Positions 35,700 through 54,898 of a stretch of DNA of 64,000 nt are shown in pieces. Below the pieces are notes generated by a model. That model worked only from the letters and a program-made list of their open reading frames with translations, was not told the origin of the DNA and did not search any database. Position numbers and translations under genes: made by a program. Position 1 is the stretch's first letter; each line of letters opens with the position of its first letter. This stretch comes from Escherichia phage vB_EcoM_AYO145A. Location: the sequence record KR014248, one strand, 5' to 3'.

Positions 35700-37046
35700 A
35701 TGAGTTCGAATATCTTCAGACTTGCTGATAGATTATTCAACCAACCTTTACTAGCCACTGAATCATTAGCTCACTCAGCAGCAACTTATGTGAATAACAG
35801 ATTGCTGGGTGATGTCCAAGCAGCAGTAAACTTTGATAAACCCAAAGGTGAAGCAAGAAGTCTTTTAAAAGTAAAAGATGACATTGCTATTATCCCTATT
35901 ATGGGTGGTTTAACTCATCGTATGACATTCATTGATGCAATGTGTACAGGTGGTCTAAGCTCTTATGAAGGTTTACGTAGAGGCTTTGACGAAGCTTTAG
36001 CAGATGAGTCAATTAAGACTATTGTTCTGCATATTGATTCTGGTGGTGGTGAAGCTTCAGGTTGCTTTGAATTAGCACGTCACATCATGGCTTCAAGAGG
36101 CCAAAAGAAAATTATTGCTTATGTAGATGAGTTCGCTTGTTCCGCTGCATATGCTCTTGCATCTTCTGCTGAAGAAATTATTGCATCACCAGATGCAGAT
36201 GTTGGTTCTATCGGTGTAATCATGGTTCATCAGGAATTAACTAAGGCATTTGAAAAGAATGGCGTAACAATTAACGTCATTAAAGCTGGTGAGTTTAAAG
36301 GTATGGGTTCACCATTCCAAGCACTTTCAGAAGAAAGCAAAGAAAGACTTCAAAAGAGGATTAATGATACCTACGCAACCTTCACAGGTTTTGTAGCTGA
36401 ATCTCGTAATCTCTCTGAAGAAGCTGTAAAGAATACTGAGGCGAATGTTTATTCTGCTCAGGAAGCTCTTGAACTTGGTTTAATTAACTCAATCATGTCT
36501 CAAGATGATTTCTTAAATTACTTACAAGGTTCTGAAGAGGCTCCTGTAAGTTTAAACGTTAACAATTCAGGTGAAGAAATGACTGAACAAGAAAAGCAAG
36601 AACTAGAAGCTTTGCGTCTTCAGGTTGCTCAAATGAAAGCTAAAGAACAGGAAGCTGCTTTGTCAGATTTGACTAATAAGATTTCTGCTTCTGCTGAAGC
36701 TTTTGGATTTGATGCAAAAGAAGCTGCAACGACTATTTTAGGTGCTGGTCTTGATAACCCTCTGAGTGTTCTGTTTATGAATGCTATGGAAGGTGCTAAC
36801 CAGAAACTTAATGAAACTATCGCGTCCCATGCTTCTGCAATGGAAGAAAAAGAATCAGAAATTACCAAGCTGAAAGAAACTGCTGGTGCTGTTCTTGAAC
36901 ATTCCAACGCTATGGAAGAAATGGGTAATGACGGCGAAGCTGATTTGGTTGAAGAAGAAAAAGAACCAGCTAAGAATGCTTCCGAAGACACCGCTGAACA
37001 ACGCAAACTGGCTCTCCAGAATGCTCTAAAATCTCTTATCAAATAA
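35700..37046 (+). CDS. prohead protease (S49/ClpP-like) fused to scaffold-like coiled-coil
   Basis: S49-like VLHIDSGGGEASGC...FACSAAYALASSA...GSIGV; C-terminal Glu/Ala-rich coiled-coil. Confidence 0.7.
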   Translation: MSSNIFRLADRLFNQPLLATESLAHSAATYVNNRLLGDVQAAVNFDKPKGEARSLLKVKDDIAIIPIMGGLTHRMTFIDAMCTGGLSSYEGLRRGFDEALADESIKTIVLHIDSGGGEASGCFELARHIMASRGQKKIIAYVDEFACSAAYALASSAEEIIASPDADVGSIGVIMVHQELTKAFEKNGVTINVIKAGEFKGMGSPFQALSEESKERLQKRINDTYATFTGFVAESRNLSEEAVKNTEANVYSAQEALELGLINSIMSQDDFLNYLQGSEEAPVSLNVNNSGEEMTEQEKQELEALRLQVAQMKAKEQEAALSDLTNKISASAEAFGFDAKEAATTILGAGLDNPLSVLFMNAMEGANQKLNETIASHASAMEEKESEITKLKETAGAVLEHSNAMEEMGNDGEADLVEEEKEPAKNASEDTAEQRKLALQNALKSLIK

Positions 37047-37057
37047 GGAACACAATA

Positions 37058-37435
37058 ATGGCATATCAAGGTTTTACTAAGTTAGGTAAAAGAGAACCTC
37101 TGAATGATATCATTCTTTGGGAACAGATTACCCCAACAGGTCACTCTCGTAAAGAGTACACTCCAGTTGCTTCAACAGAATACCGTGTAGGTGAAGTTCT
37201 GAAAGCAGACGGTACTAAAGTTGCAGCAGGGGAAGAAGCTCAGGCTGACTCTGTATGTATCGTTAACTTCTACGCAGACTCACAACTGTCTTATCATGGT
37301 CAGTTGAAAGTGGTAGGTATCTACCGCGATGCAGAACTGAAAGACATGCTTACTCTTGAAGCAAGTGTTAATGCTGATAGTGTTAAGGCAGCTCTGGCTG
37401 CTAAAGGTATTGATTTCGTACCAACTGGCCTGTAA
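37058..37435 (+). CDS. putative head decoration protein
   Basis: 125 aa between protease and major capsid gene; assigned by position and size only. Confidence 0.35.
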   Translation: MAYQGFTKLGKREPLNDIILWEQITPTGHSRKEYTPVASTEYRVGEVLKADGTKVAAGEEAQADSVCIVNFYADSQLSYHGQLKVVGIYRDAELKDMLTLEASVNADSVKAALAAKGIDFVPTGL

Positions 37436-37468
37436 TAACAATAATAAGACATTCTGGAGAATTTTACA

Positions 37469-38572
37469 ATGTTGACTAATTCTGAAAAAAGCAGATTTTT
37501 CCTTGCTGACCTGACTGGTGAAGTCCAGTCTATCCCAAATACTTATGGGTATATTTCCAACTTAGGTCTGTTCCGTTCAGCACCAATCACCCAAACTACT
37601 TTCCTGATGGACTTGACTGATTGGGATGTTAGCTTGCTTGATGCGGTAGACCGTGATAGCCGTAAAGCAGAGACTAGCGCACCTGAGCGTGTTCGTCAAA
37701 TCAGCTTCCCAATGATGTACTTCAAAGAAGTTGAAAGCATTACTCCTGATGAGATTCAGGGTGTACGTCAGCCAGGCACTGCAAACGAACTGACTACTGA
37801 AGCTGTAGTACGTGCTAAGAAGCTGATGAAGATTCGTACCAAGTTCGATATTACTCGTGAGTTCCTGTTTATGCAAGCTCTGAAGGGTAAAGTTGTTGAT
37901 GCTCGTGGTACTCTGTACGCTGACCTGTACAAGCAGTTCGATGTTGAGAAGAAGACTATTTACTTCGACCTTGACAACCCTAATGCTGACATCGACGCTT
38001 CTATTGAAGAACTGCGTATGCACATGGAAGACGAAGCTAAGACTGGCACTGTAATCAACGGTGAAGAGATTCACGTAGTTGTTGACCGTGTATTCTTCAG
38101 CAAACTGACTAAGCATCCTAAGATTCGTGATGCTTATCTTGCACAGCAGACTCCGCTGGCTTGGCAACAGATTACTGGTTCTCTGAGAACTGGTGGTACT
38201 GACGGCGTTCAGGCTCATATGAACACCTTCTACTACGGTGGTGTTAAGTTTGTCCAGTACAACGGTAAGTTCAAAGACAAGCGTGGTAAGGTTCACACTC
38301 TGGTTAGCATTGATGGTGCAGCAGCAACTGTTGGTGTTGGTCATGCCTTCCCTAACGTTTCTATGCTGGGTGAAGCAAACAACATCTTCGAAGTGGCATA
38401 TGGTCCATGCCCTAAGATGGGTTATGCAAATACACTTGGTCAGGAACTGTACGTATTCGAATACGAAAAAGACCGTGACGAAGGTATTGACTTCGAAGCT
38501 CACTCTTACATGCTGCCATACTGTACTCGTCCTCAGTTGCTGGTAGATGTTCGTGCTGACGCCAAAGACTAA
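37469..38572 (+). CDS. major capsid protein
   Basis: 367 aa directly after protease/decoration genes; assigned by position and size. Confidence 0.6.
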   Translation: MLTNSEKSRFFLADLTGEVQSIPNTYGYISNLGLFRSAPITQTTFLMDLTDWDVSLLDAVDRDSRKAETSAPERVRQISFPMMYFKEVESITPDEIQGVRQPGTANELTTEAVVRAKKLMKIRTKFDITREFLFMQALKGKVVDARGTLYADLYKQFDVEKKTIYFDLDNPNADIDASIEELRMHMEDEAKTGTVINGEEIHVVVDRVFFSKLTKHPKIRDAYLAQQTPLAWQQITGSLRTGGTDGVQAHMNTFYYGGVKFVQYNGKFKDKRGKVHTLVSIDGAAATVGVGHAFPNVSMLGEANNIFEVAYGPCPKMGYANTLGQELYVFEYEKDRDEGIDFEAHSYMLPYCTRPQLLVDVRADAKD

Positions 38573-38593
38573 TATTCTTAAGGAGGGTTATGA

Positions 38594-39043
38594 ATGTGTT
38601 ATACAGGCGACCCAGCCAATAACCCTCTTGATAGAGTAAGAATCCTCTGCACAGACACTAATAATGATGAAATTCTTATTGAGCAGTCTGTGCTAGAGTG
38701 GTTCTATCTAGAATCTGGAAAGGATGAAAAGAAAGCAGCCATCAAAGCTCTTAAATATTTACTCTTTCAAGTAGCCAAGATGGGAGATGAGAAGGTTGGT
38801 GGTGTTTATTTACGTAACTCTTCCAGATTCAAATCTCTGAAAGCTGTTTATGACGACCTTGTTAAAAGCTCTGTTTCAGGACTACCCTATGCAGGTGGTA
38901 TTAATCAGTGTGATATTGACATGCGTCGTCAGAATCCTTGCTCTGTCAAGAAATACACAGAATATGGTGATGCTGCCAGATACGAGGGCAGAGATTACTG
39001 CAACCGTGTTAATGGCGTATTTATTATCGAGCGAGATGAATAA
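38594..39043 (+). CDS. putative head-tail connector protein
   Basis: 149-aa ORF, by position. Confidence 0.35.
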   Translation: MCYTGDPANNPLDRVRILCTDTNNDEILIEQSVLEWFYLESGKDEKKAAIKALKYLLFQVAKMGDEKVGGVYLRNSSRFKSLKAVYDDLVKSSVSGLPYAGGINQCDIDMRRQNPCSVKKYTEYGDAARYEGRDYCNRVNGVFIIERDE

Positions 39044-39525
39044 TGGTTAAAAGGGTTATTCACCCCGCTAGAGCAAAATTAGTCGGGGCTATGAAGAACT
39101 TGCAAACGGCTAATGCTCAAGTTGGGTATTTTCAAGAACAAGGTCAACATAGCTCTGGTTTTTCTTATCCTGCTTTAATGTATTTACAAGAAGTTATTGG
39201 AGTCCCTTCAGCTTCTGGTAAAGTATATCGTAGGTTGTTTGAAATCACTATGATGCTAAACAAACAGACCTTGTTAGAGCAGACTAAGAAGAATCTATAT
39301 AAGCAACTTAGCAGTCTCAACACAGACCCTTCAAATACCTTAGAAGCATTTGCAAAGAATGCTCAAAAGGCAATTAAAAAGGGTTTTGGTAATTCTGCTA
39401 TCCTCCCTCCTAACGCACCTTCCACAGTCAAGAAAAAAGGCTTTAATGCACCTCTTGTTGAGACAGGTGACTTAAGAGATAACCTTGCTTATAAAATTTC
39501 TACTAAGAAGGGTATTAAGAAATGA
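39043..39525 (+). CDS. putative head-tail joining protein
   Basis: 160-aa ORF, by position. Confidence 0.35.
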   Translation: MVKRVIHPARAKLVGAMKNLQTANAQVGYFQEQGQHSSGFSYPALMYLQEVIGVPSASGKVYRRLFEITMMLNKQTLLEQTKKNLYKQLSSLNTDPSNTLEAFAKNAQKAIKKGFGNSAILPPNAPSTVKKKGFNAPLVETGDLRDNLAYKISTKKGIKK

Positions 39526-39923
39526 GACTCTTAAACAGACACAGCTTTGTAGTAAAGCGTAAAGTCTCTGAAGACGGTTATTATAACGATGATGGTGATT
39601 GGGTAGCTTCACAAGATATTGTAGAGGTTAACTGTAAAGGTAATATCCAGCCATATATCAAAGGTTCTGTAAAGAATGGTACACAGATTGCTTTACCGGA
39701 AGGTATTAGACTTACTGATACAAGAATCCTGTATACCACATATAAGCTTAGGACTTCAGATGATGTAGAGTGGAATGAGTCTGACATTGTTATGATTGAT
39801 GGTCATGAGTATGAAGTATTTATGACTATGGATTGGTCACAGCAATTAGCCCATACGTCCCATTATGAATATATCATTATTAGAAGGGATAAAATGAATG
39901 CAGTTAGAAACAGCAGAACTTGA
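39522..39923 (+). CDS. putative head completion protein
   Basis: 133-aa ORF, by position. Confidence 0.35.
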   Translation: MRLLNRHSFVVKRKVSEDGYYNDDGDWVASQDIVEVNCKGNIQPYIKGSVKNGTQIALPEGIRLTDTRILYTTYKLRTSDDVEWNESDIVMIDGHEYEVFMTMDWSQQLAHTSHYEYIIIRRDKMNAVRNSRT

Positions 39924-40374
39924 AAAAGGTCTAGTTAGAACCTTAGTGGATGTTATTGGTCACAGATTAGCTCGTGATAAAAATAATAGGCCAAACGTAA
40001 TTAGAGCTTACCCTTCTGATAACTCAAATGACAAAGGTTTAAAACCTGACCAGCCATTTATTACCGTATATTGTCAAGATGCTGCAACACCTTATGGTTG
40101 GGTTCTTGATAAGTTTGTTGAGGATGATGTAGTTTGCTACAGAATTGCTTTTCAGATTCCAGTATTAATTACGGTGAATGGTAAAGGTGCTCACAGTATT
40201 ATGCTTGAGCTTAAACAACGATTAGAGATGAGTTCAGTCAGAGATTTAATCCTTGAAGAAACAGGGGCTACAGTACTAGACACTGGAGCAATCCCTAATG
40301 ACTATACTTATCTCAATACAGATTTCGAAAATTCTGCACCTCTTGTTGTAACTCTTGTAAAAATTCAGTCCTGA
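39898..40374 (+). CDS. putative tail completion protein
   Basis: 158-aa ORF, by position. Confidence 0.35.
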   Translation: MQLETAELEKGLVRTLVDVIGHRLARDKNNRPNVIRAYPSDNSNDKGLKPDQPFITVYCQDAATPYGWVLDKFVEDDVVCYRIAFQIPVLITVNGKGAHSIMLELKQRLEMSSVRDLILEETGATVLDTGAIPNDYTYLNTDFENSAPLVVTLVKIQS

Positions 40375-40496
40375 AAGATGAACGTGGAAGTATTATTGAG
40401 CGTGTCATTGTTGATGGTGAGTTGGTTTACGAAGAAGGACAAGAGCCACCAGAATATACTATCCATCTAGATGTAGACTCCAAAGGGGTAAAATAA

Positions 40497-41849
40497 ATGT
40501 GGAATCCAATTGTTAATGTAGATATTACATTGAACACCGCAGGAACTACAAGAGAAGGTTTTGGTTTGCCACTATTCTTAGCTTCAACAGATAACTTTGA
40601 AGAGAGAGTTCGTGGCTACACTTCCTTAACTGAAGTTGCTGAAGACTTCGATGAGAATACTGCTGCATATAAGGCTGCTAAACAACTTTGGAGTCAGACT
40701 CCTAAAGTAACTCAGCTTTATATTGGTAGACGTTCTATGCAGTACACTGTATCAATTCCTGATGCCGTTTCCGAAAGTACAGACTACTCAATTACTGTAG
40801 CTGTTGGTGGTGGAATCTCTCAACCATTCCAGTACACAGCACAAAGCTCAGACACTGCTGAGGTGGTTTTGCAACAGTTTAAAACACAGATTGAAGCTGA
40901 CCCAACAATCAAAGATAAGGTTTCTGTGAACGTAACTGGTAGTGCTGGTTCTGCCACAATGATTATTACTAAAGCTGGTGATAATGACTTTGTGAAAGTA
41001 ACAACCACAGCACAGACTGTATATATTGCAGGTACAACTGCCGATACAGCATCAACTGCTCTGGCAGCCATTGAAGCTTATTCTACTGACTGGTATTTCA
41101 TTGCAGCGGAAGACAGAACTCAACAGTTTGTCTTAGCAATGGCTTCTGAGATTCAGGCTCGTAAGAAAATCTTCTTTACAGCCAACTCCGATGTAACAGC
41201 ACTACAAGGCACGGAGTTAGCCAGTGCAAATGATGTTCCAGCACAGCTTGCTAAGGGTATGTATACTCGCACAGTTTGCTTGTGGCATCACGCAGCGGCA
41301 GAAGACTATCCAGAAATGGCATACATTGCTTATGGTGCTCCATATGATGCAGGTTCAATTGCTTGGGGTAATGCTCAGCTAACTGGTGTAGCTGCTTCTC
41401 TACAGCCAGCTAATAAGAGACCTCTGACAAGTATTCAGAAGTCAGCTTTAGATGCACGTCACTGTAACTTTATCGACCTTGATGGTGGTGTTCCAGTGGT
41501 TCGTAGAGGGATTACTTCTGGTGGGGAATGGATTGATATCGTCCGTGGTGTTGACTGGTTAGAATCAGACCTGAAAACTTCTCTGAGAGACTTGCTAATT
41601 AACCAGAAGGGTGGTAAGATTACTTATGATGATACTGGTATTACCCGTATTCGTCAAGTCATTGAAACCTCTCTACAAAGAGCAGTCAACAGAAACTTCC
41701 TGTCATCTTACACAGTTAATGTTCCTAAAGCCTCTCAAGTTGCTTTGGCAGACAAGAAAGCTCGTATCCTGAAAGATGTTACCTTCGCAGGTATCTTAGC
41801 AGGGGCTATCTTGGATGTTGACTTGAAAGGTACAGTGGCTTACGAATAA
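40497..41849 (+). CDS. putative tail sheath protein
   Basis: 450 aa, followed by a 148-aa gene, a frameshift chaperone pair and the tape measure (myovirus order). Confidence 0.45.
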   Translation: MWNPIVNVDITLNTAGTTREGFGLPLFLASTDNFEERVRGYTSLTEVAEDFDENTAAYKAAKQLWSQTPKVTQLYIGRRSMQYTVSIPDAVSESTDYSITVAVGGGISQPFQYTAQSSDTAEVVLQQFKTQIEADPTIKDKVSVNVTGSAGSATMIITKAGDNDFVKVTTTAQTVYIAGTTADTASTALAAIEAYSTDWYFIAAEDRTQQFVLAMASEIQARKKIFFTANSDVTALQGTELASANDVPAQLAKGMYTRTVCLWHHAAAEDYPEMAYIAYGAPYDAGSIAWGNAQLTGVAASLQPANKRPLTSIQKSALDARHCNFIDLDGGVPVVRRGITSGGEWIDIVRGVDWLESDLKTSLRDLLINQKGGKITYDDTGITRIRQVIETSLQRAVNRNFLSSYTVNVPKASQVALADKKARILKDVTFAGILAGAILDVDLKGTVAYE

Positions 41850-41864
41850 TAGAGGTAAATTGGA

Positions 41865-42311
41865 ATGGCTATGTATCAGCAATATTCCCCTAAAGACGTT
41901 GTATGTAGCTGGAATGGTATTGCCATTGAAGGCTTTGCCCCAGACTCATTCTTACGTCTACAGAGAACATCACCACTTGTGACACCAGTTGTTGGTGCAG
42001 GTGGTCAGGTTGCTCTGACAAGAAATGCAGACAAGACAGGTACTATTGAGATTGAGTTAATGCAGACTTCTCTCTCTAACCAGATGCTTTCTGCAATTCA
42101 AGCTAAACAAGACAATATGGAACTTGAAGAAGATATCTCTTCTAACTTCGTAATCTACGACCCATCAGGCTCTGTTCTGGCAACTGGTATTAATGCTTGG
42201 TTGCAGGAATTACCACAGATTGAACTTGGTCGTGACCAGAACTCTAAAACTTGGATTTTTGGTTGTGAGAAGCTAGACTACACTTCTACAATTCCAGCGT
42301 CAAGTGTTTAA
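41865..42311 (+). CDS. putative tail tube protein
   Basis: 148 aa between sheath candidate and chaperones; strong terminator follows. Confidence 0.45.
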   Translation: MAMYQQYSPKDVVCSWNGIAIEGFAPDSFLRLQRTSPLVTPVVGAGGQVALTRNADKTGTIEIELMQTSLSNQMLSAIQAKQDNMELEEDISSNFVIYDPSGSVLATGINAWLQELPQIELGRDQNSKTWIFGCEKLDYTSTIPASSV

Positions 42312-42323
42312 TAAATCCTATAA

Positions 42324-42356
42324 GGGGGAGACTTTAAAAGGTCTTCCCCTTTTTTG
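42324..42356 (+). terminator. rho-independent terminator
   Basis: GGGGAGACtttaaaagGTCTTCCCC followed by TTTTTTG. Confidence 0.65.
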
Positions 42357-42383
42357 TTTCTTTTAAAGTATTAAGGAATCACA

Positions 42384-42782
42384 ATGAAAACAGAATCTAG
42401 AGTAATTAATGGTAAAAAAGTAAATATCATTCTGCTTGGGGCAAGAGATGGTATTAAGATGTCTATGAAGTTGGGTAAGATTGTTGTTCCAACCTTTGCA
42501 CAGATGCTATCAAGTCTGACTGATAAAGATAAGAAAGAAGCTCCAATGGTTCCGTTTAAAGAACTTGTTGAAGCTTGCTTTGACAGAATTGAAGAAATTA
42601 ACCTTGAAGAAATGGCTACCATGTTATTTCAAGGGGCAACTGTTGATGACTTCCCACTTAATATTGATACATACTTCCAAGCAAACTATGGTGAATTTAT
42701 TGATTACTTAGCATTTGCGCTGGAGGCAAACTTCGGAAGTTTTTTCGAAGCAAGCATTTTCAAAAGCCTAACTTCTCAGTAA
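42384..42782 (+). CDS. tail assembly chaperone (G-like)
   Basis: 132 aa upstream of tape measure; in-frame T_TTT_TTC heptamer near its 3' end. Confidence 0.6.
   Translation: MKTESRVINGKKVNIILLGARDGIKMSMKLGKIVVPTFAQMLSSLTDKDKKEAPMVPFKELVEACFDRIEEINLEEMATMLFQGATVDDFPLNIDTYFQANYGEFIDYLAFALEANFGSFFEASIFKSLTSQ
42740..42746 (+). promoter_or_regulatory. candidate -1 frameshift slippery site TTTTTTC
   Basis: heptamer in the zero frame of the chaperone ORF; the -1 frame continues into ORF 42785..43024. Confidence 0.5.
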
Positions 42783-42784
42783 AC

Positions 42785-43023
42785 ATGGGTAACACTCTAC
42801 AGACACCACTAACTGATGCTGCTGTAGAGGCAACCTATGAAGAAGCAGACGAGATGAAATTTGTGCTTGCTATTTATGGTATGGAAGGGTGTAAAGAAAC
42901 ACTTGACCAACTCTTTGCTATGACATTCTCTGATTTATTATCATTGAGACAATTTCTTGAAATTCAGAGGTCGTATAAAGAGGAAATTGCTTACAACGAA
43001 CTTAGAAGAGCAGGAAAAATGTA

Positions 43024-43024
<1 letters not shown>
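42785..43024 (+). CDS. tail assembly chaperone extension (GT-like), likely made by -1 frameshift
   Basis: 79-aa ORF in the -1 frame relative to 42384..42782. Confidence 0.5.
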
Positions 43025-51040
<8,016 letters not shown>

Positions 51041-51042
51041 TA

Positions 51043-52215
51043 ATGGCAGTAGGTGAAATTCAAATTAGTGCCTTGCCTCAAGCAGCTTTACCAATTGACC
51101 TTAGTGATATCTTCCATCTTAAGCAGGGTATTGAGGATAAGAGATGCACTCTTGAGCAATTGCTTGCTCCACACTCAAGCCTAAGAAATAACCCTCATGG
51201 TGTTACTAAAACACAAATTGGTTTAGATAATGTTATTAATGCTCTTCAGTTAGTTGCTGCAAATAACTTATCAGATATTGTTAATGTAGCTGAGGCAAGA
51301 GCAAATCTACAGATTATGTCTTCCGAAGAGGTTAATAGTCTTGTTCAACAGCATATTAATGATAAGAGTAATCCGCACAATACAACTAAGGCACAGGTAG
51401 GGTTGAGTAATGTCCAGAACTGGACAACATCTAACCTTTATAATGAAGATGCAGATAAGTATGCTACAGCGAGAGCAGTAAATAACTTGTACAAGGCTGT
51501 TCAGGCTTCCTATCCAGTAGGTACTATCCATCTTTCCATGAACTCTGCAAACCCTTCTACATATTTAATTTGTGGAGGAACTTGGGAGTTAGTTTCAAAA
51601 GGTAGGGCATTAGTTGGTTATGACTCTGACACAAGACCAGCAGGTTCTGTATTTGGTGCTTCAACTGTCACTTTATCAGTTAATAATATGCCTCAACACT
51701 CTCACTCTGTATCTCTTAGTGGTGGTGGTCATACCCATAATGCAACTGTGTCAATTTCAGCTTTTGACTATGGAACTAAGACTACCAACTCTTTTGACTA
51801 TGGAACAAAGGGTACTAATACAACAGGTAACCATACGCACAACGTATCAGGTAACACAAGTACAAATGGTACTCACAACCACGATGTGTACCCTAGAGAA
51901 AATGATGGTACTGGTAATGCTGTAGCTGACTCCGATGGTGGTGGTGCAAGAAGAACATCAAGGACATCGAGTGATGGTGCACACTCACATAGTTTTAATG
52001 TTACATCTGGTGCATCCGGTGACCACAGCCACACAGTCGGTATTGGTGCTCACAGCCACACAGTCGGTATTGGTTCACATACACACAGTGGTACTGTGAC
52101 AGTTTCTTCTTCTGAGCATACACATAGTGGCAATACAAATAGTGTTGGTGGAGGTCAGGCGGTTAATATTGAACAGCCATCCTTCGTACTGTATGTATGG
52201 CAGAGAACAGCTTAA
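51043..52215 (+). CDS. tail fibre protein with His-rich C-terminal repeats
   Basis: 390 aa; C-terminal [17 protein letters not shown]...[16 protein letters not shown] repeats; C-terminus homologous to the next gene. Confidence 0.6.
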   Translation: MAVGEIQISALPQAALPIDLSDIFHLKQGIEDKRCTLEQLLAPHSSLRNNPHGVTKTQIGLDNVINALQLVAANNLSDIVNVAEARANLQIMSSEEVNSLVQQHINDKSNPHNTTKAQVGLSNVQNWTTSNLYNEDADKYATARAVNNLYKAVQASYPVGTIHLSMNSANPSTYLICGGTWELVSKGRALVGYDSDTRPAGSVFGASTVTLSVNNMPQHSHSVSLSGGGHTHNATVSISAFDYGTKTTNSFDYGTKGTNTTGNHTHNVSGNTSTNGTHNHDVYPRENDGTGNAVADSDGGGARRTSRTSSDGAHSHSFNVTSGASGDHSHTVGIGAHSHTVGIGSHTHSGTVTVSSSEHTHSGNTNSVGGGQAVNIEQPSFVLYVWQRTA

Positions 52216-52261
52216 TTTCTTTACAGGGGCTATCAAGCCCCTTTTAAGAGGAAAATTTACA

Positions 52262-54625
52262 ATGGCAGATTACAAGTTGAGTGAATTAAACTCAATCGAT
52301 ACAATCCGTTCAGATGACCTTCTTCATGTCAGAGTTAAAAAGAGACCTGAAATGCTGGGTGATGAAGACCGTCGAATGACCTATCAAGACTTCTTAGCAT
52401 CTTTTAATCTTGAAAGATTTGTTCAGATTGCTGGTAGCACTATGACGGGTGACTTAGGGATTGTTAAGTTACTTTATGGTGGTAAGGCAGTCTTTGACCC
52501 AACAGGCTCTTCTGAGATTAATATTGGGGATGTTTTAAAGACTTTTAAAATTAACTCAAACGGTCTTAGACTAACTATTGCAGATGCTTCAAGGTCAGCA
52601 ACTGTTTATCATACCCTGAATAAACCAAGTCCTAATGAGCTTGGGATGAGAACTAATGAAGAGAATGATGCAAGATATGCAAGACTTGCTGTTACAAACT
52701 CATTCCAAGCTAAACAGAGTGTCGTAGCAAATGGCGAGCAGTTGACACTGAAGACCCCTGCTGGTGCAAGTGAGGCATACTCCGCTATTGTAGGTCGAAA
52801 TGCCAATAATGATAAAACTTGGGCTGTTGGGAATCTAACTCAAGGAAGTCTTGATGTTCATCTCGAAAACAGCAGAGGTTCAAGAATCACTCTAGGTGCA
52901 ATTGTGTCTGTTAATAAGGCTCTTGCTATTACTGGACAGGTTCAACCTTCTGACTTCTCTAACTTAGATGCTAGATATTTTACTCAGGCAGTTGCTAACC
53001 AGAGATTTGCACAGTTAGCTGCTAATAACACTTTTAGTGGTGCAAACACATTCACTAATTCCGTCAGTGTGAACTCTGATGCTGCTGCTATCATTCTCAA
53101 AAATAAAACTGTTAATGATAATTTGTTCATCCTAGCAAGAGACAGTGAAAACAATAATTTGTGGTATATTGGTAAAGGTGATACAAACTCTAATGTCACA
53201 TTATATGATTATAAGGGTGGTACTTCTATTAAATTAGACTCATCTGGTGTAACATTTAATAAGGTTGTAAAAATCATTGGTCAAGTTCAACCTTCTGATT
53301 GGGCTAACATTGACTCTAGATACATTCCAGCAGCTACTTTGAATAATCTTGCTAAGATTAATGTATCTAATACATTCACGAATACACAAACTATTGTTGC
53401 TAACAATGAAGGGTTGATTGTAAAGAATTTAACACAAAATCAGCCTTTGTATATCCGTGGTGTTGATACCACAAACACCTCTAGATGGTGGATTGGTGTA
53501 GGAGGGAACAATTCTAACGTGGTTACTTGGAGCAACAGCTACTCTGGCACAGCAATTGCCCTTGAACAATCAGTAATTGTGGCTAACAAGAGTCTTGCTA
53601 TCGCTGGTCAAGTTCAACCTTCTGACTTCTCTAACTTAGATGCTAGGTACTATACGCAATCTGTTGCGAACTCTAGGTACATGCTTGCAAGCCTCACTGG
53701 TTCAGCTTCTGAAAAGGATGGTGGGAATGGGGTTGCATGGAATGCTAGAACAGGGCTATACAATGTTACCAACACTACTGGTGGAGCATCTTTTCTTGTA
53801 TCTCATATGTTTTTAGGTGCTGGCTCTACACCATCTGCACAATTAAAATTTGAATACAGAAATGGTGGGATGTGGTATAGAACATCAAGAGATGCCTATG
53901 GCTTCGAAGTTAATTGGTCTAAGGTTTACACGGAAGCACAAAAACCAACCCCTTCAGATATTGGTGCATACACTAAAGCTGAAACTGACCAGAAGATTGC
54001 ACAGGCAGTAAGTGACTCTACAGACCTTAATAAAATCTATCCAGTAGGTATTGTAACGTGGTTTAACAGCAACGTTAACCCTAATACAGCACTTCCTGGT
54101 CTAACTTGGACGTACCTGAATAATGGTGTTGGGAGAACTATTAGAATTGCAGCAGCAAATGGTTCAGATGTTGCTACAACTGGTGGTTCAGATTCTGTAA
54201 CGTTAGCTGTTGGTAACTTACCATCACACACTCACAGCTTCTCTGCTACCACTTCATCTTTTGATTATGGTACGAAGGGGACTAATAGTACTGGTGGTCA
54301 CACTCACTCTGGTAGTGGTTCTACCAGCACAAATGGTGAGCACAGCCACTACATCGAGGCATGGAACGGGACTGGTGCAGGTGGTAGTAAGATGTCATCG
54401 TATGCCGTAGCATATAGGGCGGGTGGGAGTAACACTAATGCAGCAGGAAACCACAGCCACACTTTCTCTTTCTCAACTAACAATACTGGCGCTCACACAC
54501 ACTCTGTAGGTATTGGTGCTCACAGCCACACAGTTAGTGGTAACACTGGTGGTACAGGCTCTGGTTCAGCATTTAGTGTTACTAACCAGTTCTACAAATT
54601 AATGGCTTGGGTAAGAACTGCTTAA
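52262..54625 (+). CDS. long tail fibre protein with internal repeats and His-rich tip
   Basis: RBS + ATG at 52262 (ORF-track start 52127 overlaps upstream gene); three [15 protein letters not shown] repeats; C-terminal GxHSHT repeats. Confidence 0.6.
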   Translation: MADYKLSELNSIDTIRSDDLLHVRVKKRPEMLGDEDRRMTYQDFLASFNLERFVQIAGSTMTGDLGIVKLLYGGKAVFDPTGSSEINIGDVLKTFKINSNGLRLTIADASRSATVYHTLNKPSPNELGMRTNEENDARYARLAVTNSFQAKQSVVANGEQLTLKTPAGASEAYSAIVGRNANNDKTWAVGNLTQGSLDVHLENSRGSRITLGAIVSVNKALAITGQVQPSDFSNLDARYFTQAVANQRFAQLAANNTFSGANTFTNSVSVNSDAAAIILKNKTVNDNLFILARDSENNNLWYIGKGDTNSNVTLYDYKGGTSIKLDSSGVTFNKVVKIIGQVQPSDWANIDSRYIPAATLNNLAKINVSNTFTNTQTIVANNEGLIVKNLTQNQPLYIRGVDTTNTSRWWIGVGGNNSNVVTWSNSYSGTAIALEQSVIVANKSLAIAGQVQPSDFSNLDARYYTQSVANSRYMLASLTGSASEKDGGNGVAWNARTGLYNVTNTTGGASFLVSHMFLGAGSTPSAQLKFEYRNGGMWYRTSRDAYGFEVNWSKVYTEAQKPTPSDIGAYTKAETDQKIAQAVSDSTDLNKIYPVGIVTWFNSNVNPNTALPGLTWTYLNNGVGRTIRIAAANGSDVATTGGSDSVTLAVGNLPSHTHSFSATTSSFDYGTKGTNSTGGHTHSGSGSTSTNGEHSHYIEAWNGTGAGGSKMSSYAVAYRAGGSNTNAAGNHSHTFSFSTNNTGAHTHSVGIGAHSHTVSGNTGGTGSGSAFSVTNQFYKLMAWVRTA

Positions 54626-54703
54626 TCCCTTATTGACTGATTGTTAAGATGGTGTTAATATCTTTATGGGTATTCTCACCATCTTGGCTGATGAGGTGAT
54701 TAA

Positions 54704-54898
54704 ATGCCTACAATCCTAGCAATTCTTCTAAAAAATCTAGGTAGCTTCTTCTGGAAACTCATTTTATCCCTTCTAAGTGAATACATGATTGAGAAAGTGT
54801 TCTTTAGGCTTGCAAGATACCTTGCGAGTAAAACAGACACACCTATTGATGATGAGTTCGTAGATAACTTAGAAAAAGCTTTTAAGGGGGAGAAGTAA
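54704..54898 (+). CDS. small membrane protein (holin-like candidate)
   Basis: 64 aa with N-terminal hydrophobic segment and charged C-terminus, after the tail fibre genes. Confidence 0.35.
   Translation: MPTILAILLKNLGSFFWKLILSLLSEYMIEKVFFRLARYLASKTDTPIDDEFVDNLEKAFKGEK

Noticed and set aside
37577-38503. 308-aa minus-strand ORF
   Set aside because: Antisense to the major capsid gene within a uniformly plus-strand structural operon; Thr/Val/Leu-rich composition typical of a shadow ORF.
51614-51925. 103-aa plus-strand ORF in an alternative frame
   Set aside because: Lies inside the tail fibre gene 51043..52215 in another frame; low-complexity Leu/Val/Gln-rich translation of the His-repeat region.
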